A stretch of DNA of 59,657 bases, counting the filler. It is 9 parts of 9 records of this genome, joined end to end, with 100 filler letters (N's around TTAATTAATTAA, not from the genome) between each part and the next. Parts side by side here need not be neighbours in the genome. Positions count along the whole stretch, not along the records: positions 53,598 to 59,657 come from SRR31156797_78950; 8 more parts are not named here. One strand, given 5' to 3'. This document shows, in pieces, positions 58,968-59,657 of this stretch; the stretch's first letter is position 1; each line of letters starts with the position of its first letter. Under the pieces are notes generated by a model. The model saw only the letters and a program-made list of their open reading frames with translations. It was not told the DNA's origin and searched no databases. The position numbers and the translations under genes are program-made.

Positions 58968-59657
58968 ATGGAAACCGTTGAAGCAACCGTAACTGAAGAA
59001 GTGGGATCATCCTGTTTGAACCTGTTGATGGATCCGAGCTTTATCGTTGGTGATGACCGCATCATCACCTGGGCAAATGAGTCATTCGTGAAGACATTCA
59101 ATCTGGACCCGGCCGATGTGATCAATAAAATGACCTGTGAGGAGGCCTGTACGACCCATTTATGCGGCACCAAGGACTGTCCTGTCGCAAAATCTTCCCG
59201 GATCAAAAAACTGGCCGCGGCGGAGGCGGTTCATAAAGACGCTGAAAATAATATTTTTTATTATGCGTCAAAGGCAACCCCCATCAACGGCGATGATAAC
59301 GGTTTTTTTGTTACGATGACGGACATCACCGAACTGAAGAACACCCAGGCCCATCTGCGGCAGATGCAGACAGACCTGGATGTCATTCCAACGCCGATCA
59401 TGGAGATTGACACAAAATTTAATATCACATTCATGAATCCCGCCGGTGCCGGGGTGGCGGGCTTGACCCCGGACGAAGTGATCGGAAAGAAATGCTACGA
59501 CCTTTTTAAAACCCCCCATTGCAAAACCGAAAAATGCGCCTGCGCCCGGGCCATGAAGACCGATTCGGTCGTCAGGGAGCAGACCATTGCCCGGCCTGCG
59601 GACGGCGTCATTATTCCCATCCAGTATACCGGTGCGCCCATCAAGGATGCCAAGGGC
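58968..59657 (+). CDS. Multi-PAS protein, probably a cytoplasmic chemoreceptor N-terminus (3'-truncated; absent from the ORF track)
   Basis: Manual translation, 230 open codons: METVEAT...ITWANESF...CEEACTTHLCGTKDCPV...DIT...PTPIMEID...MNPAG...KCYDLFKTPHCKTEKCAC; follows cheW. Confidence 0.8.
   Translation, partial: METVEATVTEEVGSSCLNLLMDPSFIVGDDRIITWANESFVKTFNLDPADVINKMTCEEACTTHLCGTKDCPVAKSSRIKKLAAAEAVHKDAENNIFYYASKATPINGDDNGFFVTMTDITELKNTQAHLRQMQTDLDVIPTPIMEIDTKFNITFMNPAGAGVAGLTPDEVIGKKCYDLFKTPHCKTEKCACARAMKTDSVVREQTIARPADGVIIPIQYTGAPIKDAKG

Overview
This window is not one locus. It is nine unrelated contig fragments joined by eight artificial 100-nt linkers (N44-TTAATTAATTAA-N44), so gene context is only valid within a fragment. 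Taxon labels are inferred from gene content and composition. (1) 1-5600: anaerobic cobalamin operon cbiK-cbiA-cbiC-cbiD-cbiET-cbiF, deltaproteobacterial-like. (2) 5701-14380: high-GC alphaproteobacterial-like fragment with ettA, a TRAP transporter, a double-HTH GntR, mlaC/mlaA and a SahR-like regulator with its palindromic operator. (3) 14481-21284: tRNA-Gly(CCC), radical SAM, OmpA-like protein, a repeat-flanked glycosyltransferase, apaG, folE, trkH, RraA-like. (4) 21385-26631 and (5) 26732-35038: spirochaete-like sugar ABC loci; one has a frameshifted permease and a perfect 22-bp operator, the other a URO-D-like enzyme next to a GH31 glycosidase. (6) 35139-40616: hslU-argB-argD-argG-argH. (7) 40717-47019: probably planctomycete-like; holds the best candidate for a new system, a translationally coupled six-gene operon (HTH regulator, permease-less ABC ATPase, Mom/COG2401-like GNAT, ParB-N protein, phage-type replication initiator, helicase-loader-like protein) that looks like a phage-derived DNA-modification/replication module. 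(8) 47120-53497: Desulfovibrionaceae-like aprA-qmoABC plus a DVU0851-like gene, with a 25-bp G-U-containing intergenic hairpin. (9) 53598-59657: PAS sensor, Asp/Glu racemase divergent from a MocR regulator with tandem operators, triple CheW and a Cys-rich PAS protein. All family assignments come from motif recognition by eye; no database searches were run.
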